DNA of 64,000 nt from Candidatus Marinacidobacterales bacterium (GTDB taxonomy: Bacteria; Acidobacteriota; Vicinamibacteria; Marinacidobacterales; SMYC01): the NCBI GenBank assembly GCA_965224085.1, contig CBDCYI010000011.1:1408001-1472000 (forward strand), written 5' to 3'. Every line of letters begins with the position of its first letter. Position 1 is the stretch's first letter. The position numbers were made by a program, and so were the translations under genes. Below are positions 39,190 through 49,657 of the stretch, piece by piece. The notes below the pieces were generated by a model. It was not told the origin of the DNA. It did no database searches and saw only the letters and a list, made by a program, of their open reading frames with translations.

Positions 39190-41831
39190 CTAGTTCTCTG
39201 GCGCGCCCGAGTCGCCGTCGTTCTCTTTGTCGTCGGCGCCTTCTTTCTCCGTTTCCGCGTCCTTGTCGACGTCTTTCTCCTGACGCGCGGCGGCGCGCAG
39301 GTCACGCGCCATCTGAGCGAGGCGTCGCTCGACCTTGCCATAGACGCTGGCTTCAGGGTAGCTGCCGTCTTCACCTTCGGCACCCGCCACCGTGCTCGTC
39401 AAGATCTCGATACCTTGCTCGATCGTCGAAACGGGATAGACGTGAAAATCTCCCGCCGCCACCGCTTCGACGACGCTCTTTCGGAGCATGAGGTCCGGAA
39501 CGTTCGCGCGAGGGATCATGACCCCTTGCTCCCCGGTCAAACCAAAAGACTTGCAGGTGTCGAAAAAGCCCTCGATCTTCTCGTTCACGCCTCCAATCGC
39601 TTGCACTTCGCCTTTTTGGTTCACCGAGCCAGTGACGGCGATGTCTTGCCGTAGCGGGAGCCCGGAGAGGGCCGAGACGAGTGCGTAGAGCTCGGTCGAC
39701 GATGCGCTGTCCCCATCGACTCCGCTATAGCTCTGCTCGAATGCCAAGCTCGCGGACAACGTTAAGGGGCGCCTTTTGGCAAAACGCGAGCGCAGGTAAC
39801 CAGCGAGGATCAACATGCCCTTGTTGTGACTGCGCCCGGAGAGATCGGATTCGCGCTCGATATTGATGATGCCGGCGCGACCAGTCGCGACCGCAGCCGT
39901 GATTTTCGTCGGACGTCCGAAGCGGTAATCCCCCAAATCATAGACTGAAAGGCCGTTCACCTGACCCTCCCGAACGCCTTCGCGTGCGATCATGATGACC
40001 CCCTCTTGGATCATTTCCGAGATGCGGACCTCGATCAGATTCCGGCGTTCGACACGCTCCTCGATCGTGCGATCGATATGCGAGCTCTGGATGATGTCCG
40101 CATTTTCCTGCTGCGCCCAATAATTGGCTTCGCGGAGCAGGTCGGCGATATCACTGAAACGAGTGGAGAGCTTGTTTTGGCTTCCGGAGAGGCGGAGACC
40201 CGCCTCGACGACCGCGGCCGTCGCCGAGCGATCGAAGGGCCGAAGCTTCTCGACCCTGGCAGCGCGGGCAATGAAGCGCGCGTAGCGCTCGATAGACTCG
40301 GGCGTGCGCTCCATGACCGTATCGAAATCCGCTTTGACTTTGAACGTCTTACGGAAGTCGGGGTCGTGCTGGTAGAAAATCTGATAGGACTGCGCATCCC
40401 CGATGAGCACGACCTTGACTTCGACATCAATGGGCTCGGGCTTGAGAGCAGAAGACGTGAACAAAAGGGCGGGGTCGTAGCCTTGGATGTCGACTTTCCC
40501 GCTCTTGAGCGTGCGTTTGAGAGACTGATAGACGCCGGGCTCGGACAAGACTTCGTGAAAGGACAGCACGAGATAGCCGCCCATGGCCTTCAACAAGCTC
40601 CCGGCCTTGATACGAGTGAAGTCGGTATGGGACTGACCGCTGCGATCGAAGCTACGCTCGATCGTGCCGAAAAGGTTCTTGTAGGTGGGGTGGGTCTCCA
40701 CGACAATGGGCGGGCTCGTGATTCCGGAATTGTCGACGAGCAAATTGACGCGGTAGCGGGCAAAGCGATCGGTCTGCGCCACGAGGAGCGCCGCGATCCC
40801 TGCCTGCTCGGAGGTCTCGGGTTTTCGGACGAACTGATCGAGGTTGTCCAGAACGTCGTGCCGGAGATGTTCGAGAAACTGCCCCGTTCTCTCGCCAGGA
40901 AAACGCGCTTTGAGATCTTCGATCCTCGGGTTGATGATCTCGGCGCCGAAACCAAAGACGAGAGCTTTGAGCGCCTCCGAAATCTGGAGCTCGGAGTCGC
41001 GCGCATGTTTCAGCACGTCGTCTAGCTCTTCGGCGAAACCGTCTCGAATCTTGTCGACGCGCTCGTACTCGTCCCGCTCGATCTGGCCCTCGGCGAGCAT
41101 CTGCTCGAGCTCTTCCCCTGGACGAGGCTTGCCGTCGACGATGGGCGCGAGCGCGGTTTTCGTCATGGGCCCGAAACGAATCTCGACGAGCACGAAGTTC
41201 TCATTCTTGATGCGCTCCTCGAACTCTTTGATGATCGCTCGGCCTTTCGATCCCTCCCGCTCGACTAGTGAAGCCCGTCGCTCATTGAACTCGTCCGATT
41301 CGAGCACCGCGGGGACGGTACGGTCTAGATAGTCGACGAGTGCGTCCATGTCTTTGCGCAACTGCAAGCCATCCCCCGCAGGAAGATAGAGTGCTACAGG
41401 GCTGTCCGCATCGTCGAAATTGTTCACGTAGCAGATGTCCGACGGGATCTGGGTAGAGCGATCCTTGATCGTCGAGGATGCTCTTGACGGTCGTTTCCTT
41501 GCCAGTACCTGTAAGCCCCTGAACGAGGATGTTGTAGCCCCGGGACGGCACCATGAGGCCGAGCTGGATCGCTTTGATCGCGCGCTCCTGGCCGATGACG
41601 GGCAACGGTAGCGCAGCTCGTTGGCGGAGAGCTCGGGCATATTGGAAGATGACACGTTTTCTCCTTTTCTAAAATTCGCCCCCAGGGACGAGACCGAATG
41701 ATCTAGCATTCACCTCGATGGTTCTCGAAAGGCGCATCGATCTCTTCCGTCGTTTCGAATGCGAACCTATCGAGCGGGCAACGGTAGCGCAGCTCGTTGG
41801 CGGAGAGCTCGGGCATATTGGAAGATGACAC
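39190..41831 (-). pseudogene. Lon-like (LonC/LonB-type) S16 protease with rearranged 5' end
   Basis: VDGDSASS and GGVNEK Ser-Lys dyad; VIGQERA and Walker A GLTGTGK lie in another frame; 121-bp insertion 41600-41720 and a second frameshift at about 41470. Confidence 0.8.
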
Positions 41832-41899
41832 GTTTTCTCCTTTTCTAAAATTCGCCCCCAGGGACGAGACCGAATGATCTAGCATTCACCTCGATGGTT
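41599..41899. repeat. 125-bp direct repeat (41599-41723 and 41775-41899)
   Basis: Copies identical by eye, offset 176 bp; they cover the lon start and the lon/rsmB intergenic region. Confidence 0.92.
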
Positions 41900-43222
41900 T
41901 CAAGAGCGTCCCCGGCACGCCAGATGGCATTCGAAGTGCTGCGAGGCGTCGACCACAGGCGGGGCGAGCCAGCCGCGCTCCTCCATGCCCCTCGATACGC
42001 CACCCTATCCGCCACCGATCGCGACTTGGCCACGGAAATTGCCTACGGCGTGCTCCGCTGGCGCAACAGGCTCGACTTCGATATATCACACCATAGCAAA
42101 AGGCCACTCGAGAAAATCGATGGAAGCATCCTCGCGGCGCTCCGCATCGGCCTCTATCAAATTCGCTTTCTCGATCGCGTCCCCAACCGCGCCGCGGTCG
42201 ATGAGGCCGTGCGCCTGGCGCATGATTTCGATGCTTCGCGGGGGACGGCTTTTGTCAACGCGCTGCTGCGCAAAGCACTTCGCCATCCGGGCGAGCCCGC
42301 GCTGCCGAGCCGGGACGCGGATCCGCTGGGATACCTTCGCGACGGCCTCTCCCATCCTGAATGGCTCGTCCGACGCTATGTCGAGAAGCTAGGGCTCGAC
42401 GACGCGGAGACCCGTTGTCGCCGGCAGAACGAGCCGCCTCCCGTCTACGTGCGCATCTCGCGCCGAATCGACCTCGACAGAGCGCAGGCGCAACTCGGCG
42501 TCGAGTCCGAGCGCGTCGCGATCTTGCCCCATGGTTTGCGAGCCGATTCAGGAAAACTGCGGGGCAGCAAACTGTTCAAGGAAGGTCTCGCGCTCGTTCA
42601 AGATGCCGGGGCGCAACTCATCCCGCACCTTCTCGAGCCAACGGAAGACGATGTCGTTCTCGATGTGTGCGCGGCCCCGGGTGGCAAAGCGACCGCTCTC
42701 GCGGAGATCGCCCATCGCGGCAGCATCATCGCGCTCGATCGAAGACGGTGGCGCGCCGTCGTGATGCGGGATTTGGCTTCAGAGCTCGGTGTCACGAACC
42801 TCGCCGCCGTCGCCGCGGACGGCCGCAAGCTCCCACTGACGCGACCGTTTCATCGCATTCTCCTCGATGCGCCCTGCTCGAGTCTCGGTACGCTGCGGCA
42901 CAATCCCGACATCAAGTGGCGCGTGGCGGAAAAAGATTTAGAGCGTCACCAGGAGCTGCAATTGCAGCTCCTGCGCGCTTCCGCGCGCGCCCTCAAACGC
43001 GGAGGCAGGCTCGTCTACGCGACGTGCTCCACCGAGCGCGAGGAGAACCAAGACGTGGTCGGCGCGTTTGTCGACAGCATGCCCGGCTTTCGCGTCGTAC
43101 CGGCACATGAATCGCTACCTGAAGGAGCGCGACACCTCGTCTCGTCGGGCGGCTTTTTCGAGACGACGCCCGAGAGGGACGACACGGATGCCTATTTCGC
43201 AGCCATTTTGACACGTGAGTGA
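41894..43222 (+). CDS. rsmB: 16S rRNA m5C967 methyltransferase
   Basis: NusB-like N-terminus, SHPEW, DVCAAPGGK, DAPCS, YATCS..EEN. Confidence 0.93.
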   Translation: MVSRASPARQMAFEVLRGVDHRRGEPAALLHAPRYATLSATDRDLATEIAYGVLRWRNRLDFDISHHSKRPLEKIDGSILAALRIGLYQIRFLDRVPNRAAVDEAVRLAHDFDASRGTAFVNALLRKALRHPGEPALPSRDADPLGYLRDGLSHPEWLVRRYVEKLGLDDAETRCRRQNEPPPVYVRISRRIDLDRAQAQLGVESERVAILPHGLRADSGKLRGSKLFKEGLALVQDAGAQLIPHLLEPTEDDVVLDVCAAPGGKATALAEIAHRGSIIALDRRRWRAVVMRDLASELGVTNLAAVAADGRKLPLTRPFHRILLDAPCSSLGTLRHNPDIKWRVAEKDLERHQELQLQLLRASARALKRGGRLVYATCSTEREENQDVVGAFVDSMPGFRVVPAHESLPEGARHLVSSGGFFETTPERDDTDAYFAAILTRE

Positions 43223-43304
43223 ACTAGTGCCCGGATTCCGGTTACGTGATCTTGCCTTTCGGCTCGCATGGCTTCTGATCTTCGAGGCGAGATAGAATAC
43301 GGGT

Positions 43305-44147
43305 GTGAGCAGCAAGCACCGCGCCGGCGAGCGCGGCCTGGGCAAAGATACGCCTACGCCGACATCGAAGCAGGGACGTGGCCGCGTCGCTACGAACACC
43401 ACCTTGAAAGGTAAGAAAGTTCGCACCGTCTTCGTGCGGATGGTAGAGACGCTCGCCATCGCCGGGGGCGTACTCGCGACGGCCGTGATCGCAGCTGCCG
43501 TGTCCTTCAGCCTCGCGGTCCGAAGCAACGACGTCATTGTCCCGGACCTGTCCGGCGCGAGCCTCGATGGCGCGCGTGAAATGCTCGCCACGGCCGAGCT
43601 CACGCTCGTGCTTCGGGGAAACCGCTTTCACGACTCGGTCCCGCCGGATTTCGTTGCGCTCCAGACGCCGGCCGCTGGGACGACGCTTCGGAAAGGCCGC
43701 TCGATACGAGTCTGGGCCAGCCTAGGTCCCGAGCGACGCACGGTGCCGCGGGTGGAGGGAGAGACACTGCAATCGGCGCAGCTCATCCTCGAGCAGTCGG
43801 GCTTCAGCCTCGGACGCGTCGTCGAGATCCACAGCGACATCTACGCGCCCGATACGGTCGTCGCACAAGCACCGCAGGCTTATGACGAGATCGGCGACGA
43901 GACCGTCGTGTCCGTGCTACTTTCCCGTGGTTACCTGGAGGAAGGCTTCGTGATGCCCGACTTCATCGGCCAGGACTATGTCGAGCTCCTCGACAGGCTG
44001 AGCCGAAGCTCGCTCAGAGTCTCTCAAGTCAGGTTCGTCGATTATCCAGGCGTTTCGAAGAACGTGGTCGTGCGCCAGTCCCCATCATCGGGCACGAAAG
44101 TGTTCAGGAGCGACCGTATCATTCTTTATTTGAGCAAAGGTCCGTAA
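43305..44147 (+). CDS. Membrane-anchored triple PASTA-domain protein (no kinase domain)
   Basis: TM helix then three VP/MP.L.G..Q.P..G..S.G repeats. Confidence 0.85.
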   Translation: MSSKHRAGERGLGKDTPTPTSKQGRGRVATNTTLKGKKVRTVFVRMVETLAIAGGVLATAVIAAAVSFSLAVRSNDVIVPDLSGASLDGAREMLATAELTLVLRGNRFHDSVPPDFVALQTPAAGTTLRKGRSIRVWASLGPERRTVPRVEGETLQSAQLILEQSGFSLGRVVEIHSDIYAPDTVVAQAPQAYDEIGDETVVSVLLSRGYLEEGFVMPDFIGQDYVELLDRLSRSSLRVSQVRFVDYPGVSKNVVVRQSPSSGTKVFRSDRIILYLSKGP

Positions 44148-44150
44148 GCC

Positions 44151-44807
44151 ATGCGCATCGCTCCATCGATTCTATCCGCCGATTTCAGAAAGCTCGCTTC
44201 CGAGATTGAGCGCGTGGACAAGGCGGGAGCCGGCCAGCTCCACCTCGATGTCATGGACGGCCACTACGTGCCGAACCTGACTTTCGGACCGATGATCGTC
44301 GCGGCCGTACGCGAATGCACGTCGTTACCGCTCGACGTGCATCTGATGGTCGAGCATGCCGATCGTTGGGTGGAAGCGTTCATCGATGCGGGGGCGGACA
44401 TGATCGCCGTGCATCCGGAGACCCTCTACCATCCGCATCTTGTATTGAGCTCCATCAGAAAACGCGGGAAAAAAGCTGGCATCGCGTTGAACCCCGGCCT
44501 ATCCTTCTCGACGATTGAGGCTCTCCTCCCTCTCGCGGACTATGCCATTATCATGTCGGTGAACCCGGGGTGGGGTGGACAGAATTTCATCGAAGGCAGC
44601 TTCGAAAGAGCGCGCGAGCTCCGTCGTGTCGCCGATGCCGCCGGCACCGAGCTCTCCATCGAGATCGATGGAGGGATGAACGCCAAGAGGATATCGATGG
44701 CTGCCGAGGCAGGTGTCGATGTCGTGATCGCCGGCTCCGCTGTCTTCAAAGCGGAGGACCCCGCTTCGGTCCTGCGCGACATGGTGCTCGCAGCCACCGA
44801 AGCCTGA
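44151..44807 (+). CDS. rpe: Ribulose-phosphate 3-epimerase
   Basis: IAPSILSADF, HLDVMDGH, MSVNPG, IDGG. Confidence 0.96.
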   Translation: MRIAPSILSADFRKLASEIERVDKAGAGQLHLDVMDGHYVPNLTFGPMIVAAVRECTSLPLDVHLMVEHADRWVEAFIDAGADMIAVHPETLYHPHLVLSSIRKRGKKAGIALNPGLSFSTIEALLPLADYAIIMSVNPGWGGQNFIEGSFERARELRRVADAAGTELSIEIDGGMNAKRISMAAEAGVDVVIAGSAVFKAEDPASVLRDMVLAATEA

Positions 44808-44815
44808 ACCCCACT

Positions 44816-45214
44816 TTGCGCAAGATCAGCTGTCAAGTACGTGTCCGCTATGCGGAAACCGACGCAATGGGCGTCGTTTACTACGCCAACTATTTGGCGT
44901 GGTTCGAGGTGGGTCGCTGTGACTTGCTCCGGCAGCTCGGCTCGAGCTATCGGGAGATCGAGCGCGAGGACAAGATCTACCTTCCAGTCGTCGAAGCACA
45001 TTGCCGCTATAAGAGCCCGGCGCGCTACGACGACGTTATCGAGATTCGAACGACGGTGAGCCGGCCATCGCGGGCCCGCATTCGATTCGATTACGAGCTC
45101 GCGCGCCTCGATGATCAAACGGTTGTCGCGACCGGCTCAACCCTCCACGTCGCTACCACCAGGGACGGCAAACCTTGCAAGCTACCAGAAAGACTAACGG
45201 AGTTGTTCGCATGA
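44816..45214 (+). CDS. Acyl-CoA thioesterase, YbgC/FadM family
   Basis: VRYAETDAMGVVYYANYL.WFE.GR; start uncertain (TTG 44816). Confidence 0.88.
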   Translation: MRKISCQVRVRYAETDAMGVVYYANYLAWFEVGRCDLLRQLGSSYREIEREDKIYLPVVEAHCRYKSPARYDDVIEIRTTVSRPSRARIRFDYELARLDDQTVVATGSTLHVATTRDGKPCKLPERLTELFA

Positions 45215-46149
45215 AAACATCTCTCGTCACCGGCGCAGCCGGATTCATCGGCTCCACGCTCGCTGAGACGCTCGTCGCGAGCGGAGACAGTGTCGTTGGT
45301 ATCGACTCGTTCCTCGACTATTATGATCGGAGCCTGAAGGAGAAGAACCTCGAAAAGCTTCGGGAGAGCGACCGGTTCGAGCTCATCGAGGGATCTATCC
45401 AAGATCAAGACCTAGAAACGCTCTTGAGACGATGCGACCGTCTGTTTCATCTCGCGGCGCAGGCCGGGGTGCGCGCCAGCTGGGGCAGCGAGTTCTCGAT
45501 TTATACAACCAACAATATCCTCGCCACTCAAAAACTTCTCGAAGCCGCCATCAGCTCGGAGCTCTCGTCCTTTGTCTTCGCCTCTTCGTCGTCGGTTTAC
45601 GGCGACTGTGCGGCACTTCCCATGGTCGAAGACGTGCCGCTTCACCCGGTCTCGCCTTATGGCGTCAGCAAGCTCGCAGCCGAAAAACTCGTCGAGCTCT
45701 ATAACATCAACCATGGCCTGAGCACGGCGTCGTTGCGCTACTTCACTGTCTACGGGCCTCGCCAGCGCCCCGACATGGCGTTTCACCGACTCTTGAAATG
45801 CGCAAAGACGGGCGACACTTTTTCGCTTTTCGGGGATGGCCGTCAAACGCGCGATTTCACTTTCGTGACCGACGCGGTGGCCGCGACGATCGCCGCATCG
45901 GAGCGGGGCCGCGCCGGTGCCGTCTACAACATCGGCGGCGGCTCGCGGGTCTCGATGCTCGAAGTCATCGACACCATCCAAGACGTGACGGATAGCGAAG
46001 TAAAGATCGATTTCAACCCGAAGCAAAAAGGTGACATGCGCGACACCTACGCGGACACGTCGGCGGCGCAAACGGACCTCGGCTACGCGCCGTCAACCCG
46101 CCTGCGCCAAGGTTTGGACCAGGAGTGGGAGTGGATTCGAAGCTTGTAG
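45211..46149 (+). CDS. NAD-dependent nucleotide-sugar epimerase/dehydratase
   Basis: [40 protein letters not shown]. Confidence 0.9.
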   Translation: MKTSLVTGAAGFIGSTLAETLVASGDSVVGIDSFLDYYDRSLKEKNLEKLRESDRFELIEGSIQDQDLETLLRRCDRLFHLAAQAGVRASWGSEFSIYTTNNILATQKLLEAAISSELSSFVFASSSSVYGDCAALPMVEDVPLHPVSPYGVSKLAAEKLVELYNINHGLSTASLRYFTVYGPRQRPDMAFHRLLKCAKTGDTFSLFGDGRQTRDFTFVTDAVAATIAASERGRAGAVYNIGGGSRVSMLEVIDTIQDVTDSEVKIDFNPKQKGDMRDTYADTSAAQTDLGYAPSTRLRQGLDQEWEWIRSL

Positions 46150-46255
46150 AGTGTTCGGAGAGCGGTTTTCGACATAGGACGTTGCGACCGGGCCCCGGCT
46201 CGTCTATTCTGATGCATTGGTGCGCGATTGCTCAAAAGCATATGATGAAGGATTG

Positions 46256-47074
46256 ATGAGAATCAGTTTGGCGTTGAAGCTTTCCCGGCTCCTTTTGACG
46301 GCTGCGCTCGCATCGAGTGTTGCCTGCAGCGGCAAGTCGAATCAAGCGATCCCGGTTTCAGCCCAAGGCGATCAACGCTTGATGGCGTTGGGACGGAGCG
46401 CTCTCGAGAACAAGAAGTGGACCGAAGCACGCGGCTATTTGCAACAGCTTTTGGACGCCTATCCTCGCAGCCAGCTGGCGGGAGATGCGCGGCTCGGGAT
46501 CGCGGACTCCTATTTCAACGAGAAGGGCAGAAGCAGCCTCATCCTCGCGATCGCGGAGTTTCGCGACTTCCTCACCTTCTTCCCGAATCACCCCCGTGCC
46601 GATTACGCGCAGTATCAAATCGGCTACGGGCACTACCGGCAAATCCATAGTCCCGATCGTGACCAGGAGCCGACGGAGCTCGCTGTCGAAGAGTTCGAAA
46701 AGCTCATCGAGCTCTACAGGAACTCCCGCTACGCGGAAGAGGGGCGGGTGCTGCTCGAGGAGTGCTACGAGACGCTCGCCGAGTCCGAGTTCCGCATCGG
46801 GTTGTTCTATTTGGAGATTCGAAAACATTGTCGCGCCTCGATCCCGCGCTTCCAACGAGTGATCGACAACTTCCCGACGTTCACCAAAATGGACGAGGTG
46901 CACTTTCGCATCGGATCCGCCTATGACAAGTGCCGGCAACCTGAGCAAGCGCTCCCTCACTTCCGTCAGATCGTGGACCATTTCCCCGAGAGCCTCTATC
47001 GCGAAGAGGCGCAAACGATGCTCGCCACCATCCAGGTGGAGAACACTGGCGAGCCCAAGAAGCCGCCGCAATGA
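46256..47074 (+). CDS. bamD: Outer membrane protein assembly factor BamD
   Basis: SVAC lipobox, FPNHPRADYAQY, DRDQ, LAESEF.IG.FY. Confidence 0.88.
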   Translation: MRISLALKLSRLLLTAALASSVACSGKSNQAIPVSAQGDQRLMALGRSALENKKWTEARGYLQQLLDAYPRSQLAGDARLGIADSYFNEKGRSSLILAIAEFRDFLTFFPNHPRADYAQYQIGYGHYRQIHSPDRDQEPTELAVEEFEKLIELYRNSRYAEEGRVLLEECYETLAESEFRIGLFYLEIRKHCRASIPRFQRVIDNFPTFTKMDEVHFRIGSAYDKCRQPEQALPHFRQIVDHFPESLYREEAQTMLATIQVENTGEPKKPPQ

Positions 47075-47214
47075 TCTTCGCCGACACTTTTTTTGCTCTC
47101 GCAGACCCTCAAGTACCACTTTAGCCGTTCCATGGAAAAACTGCTTGACACCTGCCAGATCGAGCTGTTAGAGTTATTGTAAATCTTCGTTTCCTTACTA
47201 CGTGGAGGTATGCC

Positions 47215-48420
47215 GTGACGACGCGAGCATCCCGGACTGTTTCCAAAGGTCCGGTTCCCCCCAACCCTCGCTCTCGAGCGCTCTTCGAGACATCTGGCTT
47301 TCTGGCCGTTTGCTTTCTAGCTGCAAGCACGTTGGCCCTGGCGGCTCAGGACGCGCGCGATGACGCGCAAGCGATCGTCATTGCCGAGCACTGGTCGCCC
47401 TACCAGGCACCGACGAGCTACCCCGAGGGCACCCAGCTCCACATAATTGTCGACGGCGACACGCTCTGGGCAATCTCCGGGCAATATTTGGGCAATCCTT
47501 ATCTCTGGCCGCAGTTGTGGGACGCGAACCGCTACATCGATGACCCGCACCTTATCTACCCGGGAGACCCCGTCATGATCCCCGACGTGGAGATGGTGCG
47601 CCCTGGTGATGTGGCCGGCGAGCCCGGCGCGGCAGGGGGCCCAGGCGGTACGACGGGAGACCCGGGCGCGGCTGGTACGGGTGCCCCTGGTGCTGGCGAC
47701 CCCGGCACGAGTCCCGGAGCTGGTCAACCGGGCGCCGGGCCACTAGGGCCCACGTTCTACCCTGCTTATGAAGAGCACACCATAGCTTGCGCTGGCTTCT
47801 ATTACGAGAACGAGGATGACGATTTTCGCATCATCGGAACCGAAGAAGGCAGTGCAAGGGTCGGCTACTCTGTCGGTGACATCGTGTATTTGAATCGTGG
47901 CACGAATCAGAGTGTCAACGCCGGCGACCGTTTCTTCGCCCAGCGCATCATCAACTTCAGCTGGGGGATGAATGGCCGCCACGTCCGGCGCACCGGCCTT
48001 GTCGTCGTCCTCGCCGCTCAAGCCGACAGCTCATTGGCCGAGATCGTCGCTTCGTGCATGGATATGCAGGTCGGCGACTTCCTGATGCCGTATAGTCCAA
48101 TCCCCGTGCCACTTCTTCCTGCGCAGCCCGCCGCAACACGCTTGACGCCGGAGACGGGCGAGATGCGAGGTGAGATCGTGGCGTCGCTCGAAGAAATCAC
48201 TTCGCTCGGCGAAGGTTACCTCGTGAGTATCGACGTGGGTGAGGACGACGGCGTGGTGCCGGGCAACTTGTTCACGGTCTTTCGCTATCTCCACCGGGAC
48301 GCGCCACGGAAGGTCCTCGGTGAGCTCGCCGTCTTGACGGTACAACGACAGCACGCCACCGCCAGAATAATGGAAAGCTACGACTTCATGATAGTCGGGG
48401 ATTTGATCGAGCTCAAGTAG
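47215..48420 (+). CDS. Secreted LysM protein, TsaP-like
   Basis: GDTLWAIS..YL.NPYLWPQLW..N..I.DPHLIYPG, Pro/Gly linker, beta-rich C-terminus. Confidence 0.8.
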   Translation: MTTRASRTVSKGPVPPNPRSRALFETSGFLAVCFLAASTLALAAQDARDDAQAIVIAEHWSPYQAPTSYPEGTQLHIIVDGDTLWAISGQYLGNPYLWPQLWDANRYIDDPHLIYPGDPVMIPDVEMVRPGDVAGEPGAAGGPGGTTGDPGAAGTGAPGAGDPGTSPGAGQPGAGPLGPTFYPAYEEHTIACAGFYYENEDDDFRIIGTEEGSARVGYSVGDIVYLNRGTNQSVNAGDRFFAQRIINFSWGMNGRHVRRTGLVVVLAAQADSSLAEIVASCMDMQVGDFLMPYSPIPVPLLPAQPAATRLTPETGEMRGEIVASLEEITSLGEGYLVSIDVGEDDGVVPGNLFTVFRYLHRDAPRKVLGELAVLTVQRQHATARIMESYDFMIVGDLIELK

Positions 48421-48458
48421 CGACGCATCTAGTCTGGATCGCGGGCGCGGAGCGTGCG

Positions 48459-48824
48459 TTAGCGCGCGAGCTTCGCGGCTCTCCAAACGTCGCCAAGATG
48501 AACCGAGATTCCGTTCTCGGTGACGACCGCGTCGCCCGGGACGAGCTCTCGAAGCCACCGTGCGCGGTGTTTCTGAAACTCCTCGAACGGCAAGCTCAAG
48601 CCCACGGCCTCCCATTGCCGCTGAGCCTCGTAGCGGCGCGCCACGAGCGTGTTCCAAACGCCACCGACTTGGGCATCCACGGCGAGAACGTCTATCCACT
48701 CCGGGCGCTTAGCCCCCAGGAGCACGCCTCTCTCTCCCAACAACGTGCGCTCGGCATCCGGCCCGATATAGACCCGAGGGACTTTCTCGAGCAGTCTGTG
48801 CGCTGCGGGCGTCACTCGGGTCAT
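48459..48824 (-). CDS. Hypothetical protein, 121 aa
   Basis: ATGA overlap with the pgsA stop; no family recognised. Confidence 0.6.
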   Translation of the reverse strand: MTRVTPAAHRLLEKVPRVYIGPDAERTLLGERGVLLGAKRPEWIDVLAVDAQVGGVWNTLVARRYEAQRQWEAVGLSLPFEEFQKHRARWLRELVPGDAVVTENGISVHLGDVWRAAKLAR

Positions 48825-49399
48825 TCGATGCTTCCGGCTTGACTTCCAACTGGGAGCTCTCCGGAGACGTTCTTGTAGAAGCGGAAGAAGTAATCGAGCC
48901 CGGACAAAAGGGCCAAGATGACGGTAAGCCACAGAGCGACAGGGCCGAGCACCGCGAGGGGGCCCATGAACTTCTCACCCAGGATCAAAAGAAGAATCGC
49001 GACGACTTGTGTCGCCATTTTTCCTTTTCCCAAGGGGCTCGCGGGTATCGTGATGCCTTGCTGTACGGCAAGCATGCGCAGCCCCATCACGGCGAACTCG
49101 CGGCCCACGATGACCACGACCATCCACGCGGGCGCTAGCTCCATCTGCACTAGGCTGATGAACGCCGCCGATATCAGCATCTTGTCGGCGACGGGATCCA
49201 ACATGATCCCGAGCGTCGTGACCTGTTTGCGCCGCCGCGCTAGATATCCGTCGAGCCAATCCGTGAGGGCCGCGACACCGAAGATCGCAGCGCCGATAAG
49301 CTCCCAGAAATCCGCGCGCGTGAGGAGCACGACGACGAGCAGCGGCACGAGAAAGATGCGGCTCAGCGTGAGGGCGTTCGGCAAGTTCGGAAGCGTCAT
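48821..49399 (-). CDS. pgsA: CDP-diacylglycerol--glycerol-3-phosphate 3-phosphatidyltransferase
   Basis: NLPNALTLSR, TDWLDGYLARR, LDPVADK, GREF.V.GLR, GK.K..Q. Confidence 0.9.
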   Translation of the reverse strand: MTLPNLPNALTLSRIFLVPLLVVVLLTRADFWELIGAAIFGVAALTDWLDGYLARRRKQVTTLGIMLDPVADKMLISAAFISLVQMELAPAWMVVVIVGREFAVMGLRMLAVQQGITIPASPLGKGKMATQVVAILLLILGEKFMGPLAVLGPVALWLTVILALLSGLDYFFRFYKNVSGELPVGSQAGSIE

Positions 49400-49657
49400 C
49401 GTATCGAGGGGGCGGAAAACACTTTCAGCGTTATTGTACTCTACTACTAATGCGTGCCTGCTTGGGTTTGCAGCAACAAACTCCAACCGCACAAGCGCAC
49501 CGATCGCGGAGATTCTCTCAAATGATCCAGGGTGGTCTCTGCGTTCTCCGCGCAGATTCATTTTTGTTGCGCAGGAGCCGCCAAGCAATGGGAGGCATAG
49601 CTTGAAGGGCGATCCTTCGAGTGCTAGGATCCGCGCGCATTAGAGAACGGAAGACTC

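Noticed and set aside
49500-49555. CGCGGAGA..TCTCTGCGTTCTCCGCG dyad sharing AACGCAGAGAC with 646-656
   Set aside because: Possibly degenerate REP remnants, but an 11-bp match is too weak to call
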